Below are positions 10,459-19,824 of a stretch of DNA of 64,000 bases, in pieces. A program made the translations under genes and the position numbers. The notes beneath the pieces are model-generated. The model did no database searches, was not told the origin of the DNA, and worked only from the letters and a program-made list of their open reading frames with translations. The stretch's first letter is position 1; each line of letters begins with the position of its first letter. Source of the DNA: Bacteroidales bacterium (lineage in GTDB: Bacteria; Bacteroidota; Bacteroidia; Bacteroidales; VadinHA17); the NCBI GenBank assembly GCA_035297425.1, contig DATGYZ010000034.1, positions 5,273-69,272 of the forward strand. Reading direction: 5' to 3'.

Positions 10459-11358
10459 CTAATATATTGATTCAGGGTACACTCCTTTCCTTATCATTTC
10501 CCTGATGCTTTCAACTACCATCGGCTTGTCCTCCCTGTAAGTTACACCAAACCATTTTTCATTGCTCATCAGAATTTTAATTTTGATCTCGCCGTTTTTG
10601 ACGAACTTATCAACTGATGTTGGTATATCGAGTTCTGACTTAAGATCCATCCCCTGATTGTTGATGAACTCCCTGAATTCCTTACCGAGGAATGTGAAGC
10701 ATGATGGTTTAAAACCCCAGAGATTCATAGAGACAATCTCTTCTCCTGTAAATTTAAGAACCTTTCCATCTGGCCCGGGAGCCTGGGCACCTTCGGGTGT
10801 TTTCTCAAGCTGCCTTGTTTCAGCAATATCTACTAGCAATCCATTCTGGTCAGCACGACAGACACCCCTGTTAACATGGCCATGCTCCGACAGAGTATTC
10901 TTCATCTTATAACCAACAATGCAATAGCAGTTGGGATCTTTGTCATTCATAAGAAAATCCCTGAGAATCCTGAATGAATCAACGCCGTAATAATCATCAG
11001 CATTAATGACTCCGAATGGTTCATGTATCTTTTCAGATGTTACCAGTATTGCATGACTTGTACCCCATGGTTTTGATCTTTCAGGATTGACTTTAACACC
11101 TTCCGGCAGATTCGTTATTTCCTGAAAAACATAATCTACCTCTATTTTCCCCTTGAGCCTTTTTACGAACCTCGTCTTCACCTGTTCTTCTATATCCCGA
11201 CGAATTACAAAAACTATCTTTCCAAACCCGGCCCGTATAGCATCGTAAATGGAATAATCGATGATCGTTTCTCCTGAGGGACCTACTTCATCAAGTTGTT
11301 TATTACCTCCATAACGTGATCCCATGCCTGCTGCAAGAACTAAAAGAGTCGGTTTCAT
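10459..11358 (-). CDS. sugar-phosphate nucleotidyltransferase family protein
   Basis: 299 aa. N-terminal LVLAAGMGSRYGG.K glycosyltransferase-A/NTP-transferase motif. Confidence 0.8.
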   Translation of the reverse strand: MKPTLLVLAAGMGSRYGGNKQLDEVGPSGETIIDYSIYDAIRAGFGKIVFVIRRDIEEQVKTRFVKRLKGKIEVDYVFQEITNLPEGVKVNPERSKPWGTSHAILVTSEKIHEPFGVINADDYYGVDSFRILRDFLMNDKDPNCYCIVGYKMKNTLSEHGHVNRGVCRADQNGLLVDIAETRQLEKTPEGAQAPGPDGKVLKFTGEEIVSMNLWGFKPSCFTFLGKEFREFINNQGMDLKSELDIPTSVDKFVKNGEIKIKILMSNEKWFGVTYREDKPMVVESIREMIRKGVYPESIY

Positions 11359-11516
11359 ATTGTTTAAGTTTTAATTATACAATTATACTAAATTTTTGCT
11401 TATGAACTGATGGTTTTGGGCCATTTATAAAGCAGGTGTAATCTTATTTTTAGACTGAAGGCTTTGTTTATTAAATCATATGATAATCTGGTTTTTGTTG
11501 TTTGATCCAAAGCTGG

Positions 11517-11524
11517 TATATTTG
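11517..11524 (+). promoter_or_regulatory. Bacteroidota-type -7 box TAtaTTTG
   Basis: Exact TAnnTTTG 34 nt upstream of ATG 11558. Supports the shorter start for the dipeptidase. Confidence 0.35.
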
Positions 11525-11557
11525 AACTCGCTTAAATTGAATTTAATTAACTACTAT

Positions 11558-13246
11558 ATGAAAAAATTCTTAGCACTTATCCTGGCAACACTCCTTTCAG
11601 GATTTCTGCCACAACAGATAACGAATGCATGTACGAACTTTCTTATTACAAAAGGTGCATCTACTGATGGATCGGTGATGATTTCCTATTCAGCAGATTC
11701 GCATGTCCTCTATGGCGAATTGTATTACTGGCCTGCAAAAGACTGGCCAAAGGGATCAATGGTAGACATCTATGAATGGGATACAGGCAAATTCCTGGGG
11801 CGCATACCGCAGGCATCCCACACATATTCTGTTGTTGGCAATATGAACCAGCATCAGCTGTCAATAGGTGAGACAACCTTCGGTGGCAGGGAAGAACTGG
11901 CCGATTCTACAGGCCTTGTAGATTATGGTTCACTTATATATATGACACTCCAGAGAGCCAGAAATGCACGTGAAGCTATTGCTACATTTTCAGAGTTGGT
12001 TAGCAACTACGGATATGCGAGCACAGGCGAATCTTTTTCGATAGCTGATGCCAATGAAGCATGGATACTTGAGCTTATCGGCAAAGGACAGGGCAAAAAA
12101 GGCGCAGTATGGGTTGCCCGTCGCATACCGGAAGGCTATATTTCAGGTCATGCCAATCACCCACGTATTACAACCTTTCCTCTTGCTGACGGGATTAAAT
12201 CAATTACCTCAAAACAACTCAATAAGATCAACGATCCTGCAATAGAAACAGTTTACGCTTATGATGTCTTCGATGTGGCCCGAAGCTATGGATGGTTCAG
12301 CGGGAAAGATGCCGAATTCAGCTTCAGTGACACTTATGCACCTCTCGATTTCAGTGCTGCAAGATTCTGTGAAGCCAGGGTATGGTCAGGATTCAATATG
12401 GTAAACAGCCAGATGGGGAAATATCTCGATTATGCCATGGGGGAAAATCTTAAGAACCGCATGCCACTCTGGATAAAACCTGATAAAAAATTAAGCCAGA
12501 AAGATCTGATGGGAATGATGAGGAATTACTACCAGGGGACACCAATGGATATGACAAAAGATGTTGGCGCAGGACCTTATGGTAGCACTGTCAGGTGGAG
12601 ACCGATGGAATGGGAAGTCGATGGAGTCACTTATGTTCACGAAAGAGCAATCTCCACACAGCAGACAGGCTTTTCATTCGTAGCCCAGAGCCGCTCATGG
12701 TTACCTGATCCTGTCGGCGGAATTCTATGGTTTGGCGTTGATGATACCTATTATACTGTTTACTCTCCAATGTATTGCGGCATCACGAGTGTTCCACAAT
12801 CATTTGCTGTCGGCAACGGAGACATGATGACATTCAGCGACAATTCAGCATTCTGGGTATTCAACCAGGTAACTAATTTTGCTTATACACGTACAAGCCT
12901 TCTTATTGGTGACCTTCAGAAAAAACAGTCGGAACTTGAAGAAGGCTATTTTTCTGAAACTCAGAATATTGACAAGACAGCTGAATCAATGTACAAGGAG
13001 AATCCTGATAAAGCAATAAGCTACCTTACCGATTATTCTGTAAAAGCCGGTGATAAGACAGTGAGTGAATGGAAAGATCTGTACAAATATTTATTTGTAA
13101 AATATGTTGATGGGAACGTTAAGGAAAAACAGCCTCTGCCGGCTGGTTACAAGTTTGTCAATCCTAAGTTATCACAGCCGGGTTACAGTAAGGAATGGCT
13201 CAGGGTTATTGCAAAAGAAACAGGTGACAAGCTGAAAGAAAAATAG
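11558..13246 (+). CDS. C69 family dipeptidase (secreted)
   Basis: Signal peptide MKKFLALILATLL, then the autoprocessing/nucleophile motif ACTNFLITKGAS typical of peptidase C69. Confidence 0.85.
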   Translation: MKKFLALILATLLSGFLPQQITNACTNFLITKGASTDGSVMISYSADSHVLYGELYYWPAKDWPKGSMVDIYEWDTGKFLGRIPQASHTYSVVGNMNQHQLSIGETTFGGREELADSTGLVDYGSLIYMTLQRARNAREAIATFSELVSNYGYASTGESFSIADANEAWILELIGKGQGKKGAVWVARRIPEGYISGHANHPRITTFPLADGIKSITSKQLNKINDPAIETVYAYDVFDVARSYGWFSGKDAEFSFSDTYAPLDFSAARFCEARVWSGFNMVNSQMGKYLDYAMGENLKNRMPLWIKPDKKLSQKDLMGMMRNYYQGTPMDMTKDVGAGPYGSTVRWRPMEWEVDGVTYVHERAISTQQTGFSFVAQSRSWLPDPVGGILWFGVDDTYYTVYSPMYCGITSVPQSFAVGNGDMMTFSDNSAFWVFNQVTNFAYTRTSLLIGDLQKKQSELEEGYFSETQNIDKTAESMYKENPDKAISYLTDYSVKAGDKTVSEWKDLYKYLFVKYVDGNVKEKQPLPAGYKFVNPKLSQPGYSKEWLRVIAKETGDKLKEK

Positions 13247-13338
13247 ATCAGTTGATTGGTATGCAGTTATAATCGGACTACACCAACCCGCATTGAAATA
13301 AAAAATTAAAAATATTCGGAGAATCAAATATAAATTTA

Positions 13339-13346
13339 TACATTTG
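13339..13346 (+). promoter_or_regulatory. -7 box TAcaTTTG upstream of rplS
   Basis: Exact TAnnTTTG 35 nt upstream of the rplS ATG. Confidence 0.35.
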
Positions 13347-13380
13347 CGACCGATTTTATAAGAACAAAATACATTGTGCG

Positions 13381-13728
13381 ATGAACTTAATGAATGTGAT
13401 CGAGAAAGAATATGCGGTAAAAAATGAATATCCAAAGTTTGGAGCTGGTGATACCGTGACAATACACTATAAAATTAAGGAAGGTAACAAGGAGAGGATA
13501 CAGCAGTTCCGCGGAGTTGTTATCCAGAGATCAGGAAGCAAACATACCGAGACTTTTACAGTCAGGAAGATGTCAGGCAACATTGGTGTTGAAAGGATCT
13601 TTCCGGTTGCATCACCATTCATTGACAAAATAGAGGTTAACAAACATGGCAAGGTTCGCAGGGCAAGGATCTTCTACCTCCGTGACCTCACAGGTAAGAA
13701 AGCACGTATCCGCGAGAAGAAATTCTAA
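13381..13728 (+). CDS. rplS: 50S ribosomal protein L19
   Basis: 115 aa. FGAGDTV.IHYKI.EG.KERIQ.F.GVVI..., full-length L19. Confidence 0.97.
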   Translation: MNLMNVIEKEYAVKNEYPKFGAGDTVTIHYKIKEGNKERIQQFRGVVIQRSGSKHTETFTVRKMSGNIGVERIFPVASPFIDKIEVNKHGKVRRARIFYLRDLTGKKARIREKKF

Positions 13729-13744
13729 GATATTCAATACAAGA

Positions 13745-13774
13745 AAAGCTGCCTGATATGGCAGCTTTTTTTTT
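13745..13774 (+). terminator. intrinsic terminator after rplS
   Basis: 9-bp stem AAAGCTGCC/GGCAGCTTT, 6-nt loop, T9 run. Confidence 0.8.
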
Positions 13775-13828
13775 GTCTTAATGAGCCATGCTGACTCGCG
13801 CAGTTCTTTAATACACGCAATTGAATTC

Positions 13829-16648
13829 TCAAATCTTGTCGATCAACGCCTGGCTTTTTGTTTTTGCCTCTTCAACAATCTTGTTCGCCTGCACATCTGC
13901 TTCCTGAACCAACTGGTTTGCTTTATTATCAGCGGTCTTGTTAATCTGATCTGCTGATTTCTTGGCTGCAACTTTTGCCAGGGCTCCCTTTGAAGCTGCC
14001 GCATCTATTACCTTCTGTGATTGGTCTGCTGCTTCCTTTCTGATCTTTTCGGCAGTATCAGCTGCCTCTCTTCTTATCTGTGCTGCCTTGTCTTCAGCCT
14101 CCTGAACCAATTTTGCACCCTGTGCTTCAGCTTCGGCCCGGGCTTTCACCTTACCTTCATCAACAGCATTAGTAACTGTCTGTTTTACAGTCTCTTTTGC
14201 TGACTGGGCAACACCTGATGATTTTCCTTCTCCTGCTCCAAAGAAAGGTGCCACCTGTGGATCCTTGAATGTTCCTGTTACCTTCAGATTTACTTTTATT
14301 ACATCTGAAGGCTGATAAGCTATTCCCATTGAAGCCGCCTGTGAAGACAGATTGTTTATCAGCGAATTCACAGAGCTCCCAAGATCACTCCTGGGAATTT
14401 CCGTTTTTACAACATAATTGATTGTCTGATCGAGCCCCTGGTCTCCGGCAATGTTCATCTTCAGGTTACCGGTTTTGATGTCAAAAGGTGAAATAAAAAC
14501 TCTTCCATCTGCAATTTTAAAACTGATATTGACATTTTTGAAAGTATTGGAGTATTTATCTCCCAGCTTCAGCACATCTTTCATCTTATCAAAAGTTTTT
14601 GATTCCAGAAGGGTTACTTCGTCAGACTGAAGTTTGCCAGAACCATTAATGCTCGCAGTTACAGGCATCATATCCTGGCCCAGAAGGCTTGTATAATCAA
14701 GTTCGGCATTGATTTTTCCATCAAGGCCTTTTGCTGCCGGAGCAAGTTGCTTTACAGTGTTGAAGGTGCTGAAAGCTTGATTTATTCCCACATTCTTCAT
14801 TTTAAAATCAGCCTTCACAAGCGGCTTCAATGAATCACGGGTGTCATAATCTGCATTCATCTGGATAATGCCCTCGAGTATGTTCATACCGGCGTTCCTG
14901 ATGCTCATTATTCCATCCCTGACAATAATACTACCCTTCACAGCTGATGCTTTAATGCTATCATAAGAGAAGTTATTGATTGCGGCATCGAAAGTAAAAT
15001 CAATATTCTTAGGTATCTGAATCACCGCAAGAGCTGTGGTATCCTCAACCGCTGATGAGTCAACAGCCATTTTTGACATAATTTCACCAGCATCGACAAG
15101 GTTGGACTTCATTATAAGATTTCCCCTCAGGATTCCATCGTTGAAGATGTAGTTGATATAATTTTCAAGCCTTCCAGAGAGGAGAAAATCGCTCTTTCCT
15201 CCTACTGTAAGTTTTGTATTTGACATTGTCGAATATGCCGGAGAGAAGCCAAAGGCACCTTCAGTGATTTTAACTTCAGGATACCCAGTCATTGCAACGA
15301 GCATATCCCTTACTTTCATATTGCCCATGGCCGTAAAATCCTCGTATTTCTCTTTCTCGACCATCGACATTTTTCCAGCCATTTCAAGTGACATGTCTAT
15401 TATCCCTGACAAGGTAATGCTATCCATTGGTACAGCTCTCGACAATGCAGCAAGGTCAATCTGTCCTTTCATCGATCCTTTGAAATCCGGATCGCTCATT
15501 GGTGTTTTCAGGAAGAAGGTCATATCGAAAGGATTCCCGGCAAGCTCAAAATGGAACAACGGCATGTCGAATGTCGTTTTGTCCATATCCTTACCATCAA
15601 CAAAAGCACTTGCTTTCATATTGATTGCCCTGATTTTCTCAGGAAGCTCCGGATAGCTGATCAATCCATTTGACACTGACATATCGATAGCTATATCAGG
15701 CAATGTACTGTCGGCGTCGCTGTAGATTCCTCTTGCAGAACCTTTTAAGGCAAATTCACCAGTGGCATTAAGATCCTGGTATTCGTTCATATAAAAAGCA
15801 GGAACAAGTGACAATAATGTTTTGAATGATGTCCCTGGTGTGCTAAATTCCAGGTCGGTTTCAATATCATCGCCAGGCATTGCAACAAATCCTGAGAAAT
15901 TCAGGCGCATGTCATTTACTGACAGGTAGTTTTCAGCAAACGTGAATTTCATACTGTCGATATCTGCAAACAAATCAATTTCAGTATCAATCTTTGCTTG
16001 GGTCAGGTACTTCATACCCTCCATTATGAAAGTAAAATCACCAGCATTACCTTTCATAGTGAGATCCGTTGTTCCTGTTGTCATATCGCCGCTGATCCTG
16101 AAATTCAAATCCCGAAGATATGCCTGCATGTCTGATTCATAATCAAGATATGCAATATCGCTGTTCCTTATTTCAATATCATTTAGACGAATGAGCATAT
16201 CTGAACCTGAATCATCTGCGCTCTCCACAGTTGTTGTAGTATCTTTTACTATGTCCCAGTTTGCTTTTCCATCTTTCAGAACAATGGCATTAACTACGGC
16301 ATCTTCGATAAGTATTGATTTGACCTCATAGCCAGAGTCTTTAAAAAGGCTGGCAAGATTGAATGTAAGATTGAAGTTCCGGAACCCGGCCAGGGTATCA
16401 TTTGAAAACTCGTTAACTCCTGTGACTGAGAGTTCTTTCATTGAAAATGACAGGTTGGGAAAATTCCTGAAAAAGCTAAGATTATAATCCTGGAATTTTA
16501 CTGTTGCATTAAGAGATTCATTAATTACCTGCTCCACCTTAACCCTGATCTTGTCCTTGAAAAGCACAGGTAATGTAAAAAGTGCAACAATTATCAGTAA
16601 CAATAAGCCTGCAAGTACTTTAACTGTTATTCCCACTGCTTTCTTCAT
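13829..16648 (-). CDS. AsmA family outer-membrane biogenesis protein with Ala/Glu/Lys-rich C-terminal tail
   Basis: 939 aa. N-terminal TM anchor and long beta-rich AsmA-like body. The last ~130 aa (about 13832-14230) are low-complexity helical repeats (AEAEAQGAKLVQEAEDKAAQIRREAADTAEKIRKEAADQ...). Confidence 0.75.
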   Translation of the reverse strand: MKKAVGITVKVLAGLLLLIIVALFTLPVLFKDKIRVKVEQVINESLNATVKFQDYNLSFFRNFPNLSFSMKELSVTGVNEFSNDTLAGFRNFNLTFNLASLFKDSGYEVKSILIEDAVVNAIVLKDGKANWDIVKDTTTTVESADDSGSDMLIRLNDIEIRNSDIAYLDYESDMQAYLRDLNFRISGDMTTGTTDLTMKGNAGDFTFIMEGMKYLTQAKIDTEIDLFADIDSMKFTFAENYLSVNDMRLNFSGFVAMPGDDIETDLEFSTPGTSFKTLLSLVPAFYMNEYQDLNATGEFALKGSARGIYSDADSTLPDIAIDMSVSNGLISYPELPEKIRAINMKASAFVDGKDMDKTTFDMPLFHFELAGNPFDMTFFLKTPMSDPDFKGSMKGQIDLAALSRAVPMDSITLSGIIDMSLEMAGKMSMVEKEKYEDFTAMGNMKVRDMLVAMTGYPEVKITEGAFGFSPAYSTMSNTKLTVGGKSDFLLSGRLENYINYIFNDGILRGNLIMKSNLVDAGEIMSKMAVDSSAVEDTTALAVIQIPKNIDFTFDAAINNFSYDSIKASAVKGSIIVRDGIMSIRNAGMNILEGIIQMNADYDTRDSLKPLVKADFKMKNVGINQAFSTFNTVKQLAPAAKGLDGKINAELDYTSLLGQDMMPVTASINGSGKLQSDEVTLLESKTFDKMKDVLKLGDKYSNTFKNVNISFKIADGRVFISPFDIKTGNLKMNIAGDQGLDQTINYVVKTEIPRSDLGSSVNSLINNLSSQAASMGIAYQPSDVIKVNLKVTGTFKDPQVAPFFGAGEGKSSGVAQSAKETVKQTVTNAVDEGKVKARAEAEAQGAKLVQEAEDKAAQIRREAADTAEKIRKEAADQSQKVIDAAASKGALAKVAAKKSADQINKTADNKANQLVQEADVQANKIVEEAKTKSQALIDKI

Positions 16649-16808
16649 TGCTGTCGATTTTAGTTTTAATTAAACCTAAAAGTAGTCATTTTTAAAAAAT
16701 GAAAAACAAAGACACAATCAGTTCAATCGGGTTATTATAATACTTGTAAAATGATCACTCAAAATGAGCGTTCATATATATATACTGGATGGATAAAAGA
16801 AAAATTGT

Positions 16809-16816
16809 TATATTTG
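16809..16816 (+). promoter_or_regulatory. -7 box TAtaTTTG for tRNA-Arg
   Basis: Exact TAnnTTTG ending 12 nt before the tRNA 5' end. Confidence 0.45.
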
Positions 16817-16828
16817 CGGCGGATTATT

Positions 16829-16902
16829 GGTCCCGTAGCTTAACTGAATAGAGCATCTGACTACGGATCAGAAGGTTACAGGTTTGAATCCTGTCGGGAT
16901 CA
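16829..16902 (+). tRNA. tRNA-Arg (anticodon ACG), CCA not encoded
   Basis: Hand-folded cloverleaf. Acceptor GGTCCCG/CGGGATC, D stem GCTT/GAGC, anticodon stem TCTGA/TCAGA with loop CT-ACG-GA, 5-nt variable loop, T stem ACAGG/CCTGT, discriminator A. Confidence 0.9.
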
Positions 16903-16906
16903 CAAT

Positions 16907-16932
16907 AAAAAGGCGCCAAAAACGCCTTTTTT
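16907..16932. terminator. bidirectional intrinsic terminator (tRNA-Arg / ACR3 convergent)
   Basis: Stem GGCG/CGCC extended by A/T pairs, 7-nt loop, A-run 5' and T6 run 3'. Confidence 0.7.
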
Positions 16933-16934
16933 AT

Positions 16935-17975
16935 TTAAAACCATTTTTTTCTGAACCAGAAGGCAACATTAACAAGGCCTATCATAACCGGGACTTCAAC
17001 AAGAGGGCCAATTACAGCGGCAAATGCCTCCCCCGAATTTATACCAAAAACAGAAATAGCGACGGCAATGGCAAGTTCAAAATTATTGCTTGCAGCTGTG
17101 AATGAAAGTGTGACAGATTGTTCATAATTAGCTCCTGCTTTTCTGCCCATCATGAAAGATGATATGAACATTATAACAAAATATATCAGCAACGGGATTG
17201 CAATGCGAACGACATCGAGAGGAATTTTAACGATGTACTCTCCTTTGAGAGAAAACATTACAAGAATTGTGAAAAGCAGAGCCACCAGGGTCAGGGGGCT
17301 TATCTTTGGAATAAAAACAGAGTGGTACCATTCTTTGCTCTTTACACGAATCAGAATAAATCTTGTCATGAAACCGGCTATAAACGGTATTCCGAGATAT
17401 ATGAAAACACTCTTGGCAATCTGGCCAATCGTTATCCGTTCTACCACACTGTTCACCGGCAACCCGAACCATCCGGGAAGGATTGCAATAAAGAAAAATG
17501 CATAAACCGAGAAAAACAGAACCTGGAATATGGAATTGAAAGCCACAAGGGCTGCAGCATACTGAGTATCCCCTTTTGCAAGATCATTCCAGACTATCAC
17601 CATTGCAATGCACCTTGCAAGACCAATGAGGATAAGCCCGTACATATAATCAATGTTAAAGGGAAGGAACAATATTGCCAGAAAAAACATCAGCACAGGT
17701 CCGATAAGCCAGTTTTGTAACAATGACAAGCCTAAAATTTTTGGATTACGGAAAACATCTCCCAGTTCTTCATACCTGACCTTTGCAAGTGGAGGGTACA
17801 TCATCACTATAAGTCCGATTGCAATCGGTATGTTTGTGGTTCCGGATGACATGCTGTTCCAGAATTCTGCAATATGCGGGTTGTACCACCCTGCAAAAAC
17901 ACCGGCGAACATTGCAAGGAATATCCAAAGTGTGAGATAACGGTCAGTGAATTTTAGTCTTTTTTCTGATGGCAT
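16935..17975 (-). CDS. acr3: ACR3 family arsenite efflux transporter
   Basis: 346 aa, about 10 TM. N-terminus [21 protein letters not shown] and overall ACR3/ArsB(BART) pattern. Confidence 0.9.
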   Translation of the reverse strand: MPSEKRLKFTDRYLTLWIFLAMFAGVFAGWYNPHIAEFWNSMSSGTTNIPIAIGLIVMMYPPLAKVRYEELGDVFRNPKILGLSLLQNWLIGPVLMFFLAILFLPFNIDYMYGLILIGLARCIAMVIVWNDLAKGDTQYAAALVAFNSIFQVLFFSVYAFFFIAILPGWFGLPVNSVVERITIGQIAKSVFIYLGIPFIAGFMTRFILIRVKSKEWYHSVFIPKISPLTLVALLFTILVMFSLKGEYIVKIPLDVVRIAIPLLIYFVIMFISSFMMGRKAGANYEQSVTLSFTAASNNFELAIAVAISVFGINSGEAFAAVIGPLVEVPVMIGLVNVAFWFRKKWF

Positions 17976-18003
17976 ATTTTTTTTACAATTTTAAATCAAT
18001 GGA

Positions 18004-18444
18004 TCATTTTAATAGTTTTTCTGTTATGAGCACAGCATCATTGACATACTTCTCACAATTAATTTGAAAGAGCTTAAGCCTGATGATTTCTTCATAGTCT
18101 GCAGGATTATTTATATCAAAGCCATTAAGAAGCTCGCGACAACAGGAACTACCGTTAAGTCCGGTGAATTCTTTGAAAAGCTCGCGCGTCCTTGAATATG
18201 TATCCGATTTTTTTTCTTCGCCATCCCCTGCTGCTTTCCCGTATTTAAGTCCAATAGCCATGACAGCCCCGGAAAGAGCTCCGCAAATATTTTGCTGCCT
18301 GCCAATTCCTGCACCAAAACCACATGCAACTTTAAGGCATTGATCTTCAGTGAGGCCATTCTCTTTTCCGAAAACAGTAAAAACAGCCTGGGCACAATTG
18401 AAATGATCCCTGAAATAACAAATTGCCTGTTGTTGTTTGTCCAT
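18004..18444 (-). CDS. C_GCAxxG_C_C family protein
   Basis: 146 aa. Spaced Cys signature NCAQAV ... ICGALSGA ... SCCREL ... NCEKY. Confidence 0.8.
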   Translation of the reverse strand: MDKQQQAICYFRDHFNCAQAVFTVFGKENGLTEDQCLKVACGFGAGIGRQQNICGALSGAVMAIGLKYGKAAGDGEEKKSDTYSRTRELFKEFTGLNGSSCCRELLNGFDINNPADYEEIIRLKLFQINCEKYVNDAVLITEKLLK

Positions 18445-18459
18445 AGTTAAAATATCAAA

Positions 18460-19236
18460 TTATTGCTTATATCCTGTCACTGTAATGCTGAATATCCCTG
18501 TTTCCTTTTCAATATTAAAATCCCGGACAGTATCTTCGGGTAGTTTTATTTCTTTTTGTTTATGAAGGGAGATGCCTTTGAATCCGCTATCCTTTATATA
18601 ACCAAGGTATTCATCAATATCACTTGCCCCGGAAACACAGCCTGCATACATTTCAGCATCTTTCCTGAGTTTTTCAGAAAGTGAGCCTTTGATTACAACA
18701 TCTGATACACAGAAATGCCCCCCAGGCTTGAGCACCCTGTATATTTCACTGAATGCCTTCGACTTATCCGGTACGAGATTCAGGACACAATTTGAAATGA
18801 CAACATCGAAACTATCTGAACTGAGTGGTATTTCTTCGATATCTCCTTCCACAAATTCAACATTTTCATAACCCAATTTTGAGTTATTTTCTTTTGCTTT
18901 CTTCAGCATTTCAGGGGTGAAATCAAGCCCTGTCACTTTTCCATTCTCTCCTGCCAGGGCTCTTGCCACAAAGCAATCATTACCTGCTCCACTGCCAAGG
19001 TCCAGTACATTATCACCCTTCCTTATCCCAGCGAAATCTGTTGGTATTCCACAGCCAAGATTGAGGTCTGCATCAGGATTGTATCCATCTTTCTTTTCAT
19101 AATTCTCACTGAATATGCTGTAATCAACATCCGATCCACAGCATGATGATCCGCAGCATCCTGTCGTATCGGTATCCTGCTCAGCAATTTTTCCATATTT
19201 TTCCCTGACAATAATCTTAATATCCTCTGTTTTCAT
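18460..19236 (-). CDS. arsM: arsenite S-adenosylmethionine methyltransferase
   Basis: 258 aa. Cys-rich N-terminus GCCGSSCCGS, LNLGCGIP, SAM motif VLDLGSGAGND, YAGCVSGA. Confidence 0.9.
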   Translation of the reverse strand: MKTEDIKIIVREKYGKIAEQDTDTTGCCGSSCCGSDVDYSIFSENYEKKDGYNPDADLNLGCGIPTDFAGIRKGDNVLDLGSGAGNDCFVARALAGENGKVTGLDFTPEMLKKAKENNSKLGYENVEFVEGDIEEIPLSSDSFDVVISNCVLNLVPDKSKAFSEIYRVLKPGGHFCVSDVVIKGSLSEKLRKDAEMYAGCVSGASDIDEYLGYIKDSGFKGISLHKQKEIKLPEDTVRDFNIEKETGIFSITVTGYKQ

Positions 19237-19705
19237 TTTTATTCATATTATTCATGATTTCACTTTCATAGAATTTTCTGAATTCAATCTTTATCAGATC
19301 CCTTACTTTTCTGAACTCCTGTAGAATTTCATCTCCAATACCTGATGAATGGGAAGGATCTTCAAAACTTTTATGAACTCTCTGTTTAACCGCTCCATGA
19401 AAGACCGGGCATGTTTCATTTGCATCATCACAAACGGTAATAACATAATCCCATTCTTCGCCGGTATACTTGTCAACTGATTTTGGTTTTTCATTGCTGA
19501 TATCGATTCCGTCTTCCAGCATTACCTTTATTGCCAGTTGATTTACGGCAGGTGCAGGAATGGTACCTGCGGAATGTACCTCAAGAACTTTATCAAAAGA
19601 TCTAAGGTATCCCTGTGCCATCTGGCTACGGCAGCTATTACCTGTGCAAAGAATAAGAATTTTCAAGTCAGAAACTGTTTTAACCAACAAATGTAAACAT
19701 TTCAA
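19217..19705 (-). CDS. arsC: arsenate reductase, LMW-PTP/thioredoxin-coupled type
   Basis: CTGNSCRSQMA P-loop and the CDDANETCP second Cys pair. The true start may be TTG 19666 (MKILILCTGNSCRS). The 3' end overlaps the arsM start by 20 nt. Confidence 0.85.
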   Translation of the reverse strand: MKCLHLLVKTVSDLKILILCTGNSCRSQMAQGYLRSFDKVLEVHSAGTIPAPAVNQLAIKVMLEDGIDISNEKPKSVDKYTGEEWDYVITVCDDANETCPVFHGAVKQRVHKSFEDPSHSSGIGDEILQEFRKVRDLIKIEFRKFYESEIMNNMNKNENRGY

Positions 19706-19752
19706 ATATTTTATTTCTCAATTCATGTGACTGAACAGCTATAAGCAATCCA

Positions 19753-19780
19753 GGACCATTCAATTTGATATAATGGTTCC
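19753..19780. promoter_or_regulatory. imperfect inverted repeat in the arsC/DUF302 divergent intergenic region
   Basis: GGACCATT(19753-19760) ... AATGGTTCC(19772-19780), 11-nt spacer, one-base asymmetry. Confidence 0.3.
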
Positions 19781-19824
19781 AAAGCTATCTATTTCTTATC
19801 TTTATAAAAAAATATTTCAGAAAG

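Noticed and set aside
17152-17940. Four ORFs of 81-132 aa overlapping the ACR3 gene. Similar nested ORFs occur in the ars genes at 18111-18395, 18689-19211 and 19303-19494.
   Set aside because: ACR3, arsM, arsC and the C_GCAxxG_C_C protein are full length with family motifs. The overlapping frames have no signatures.
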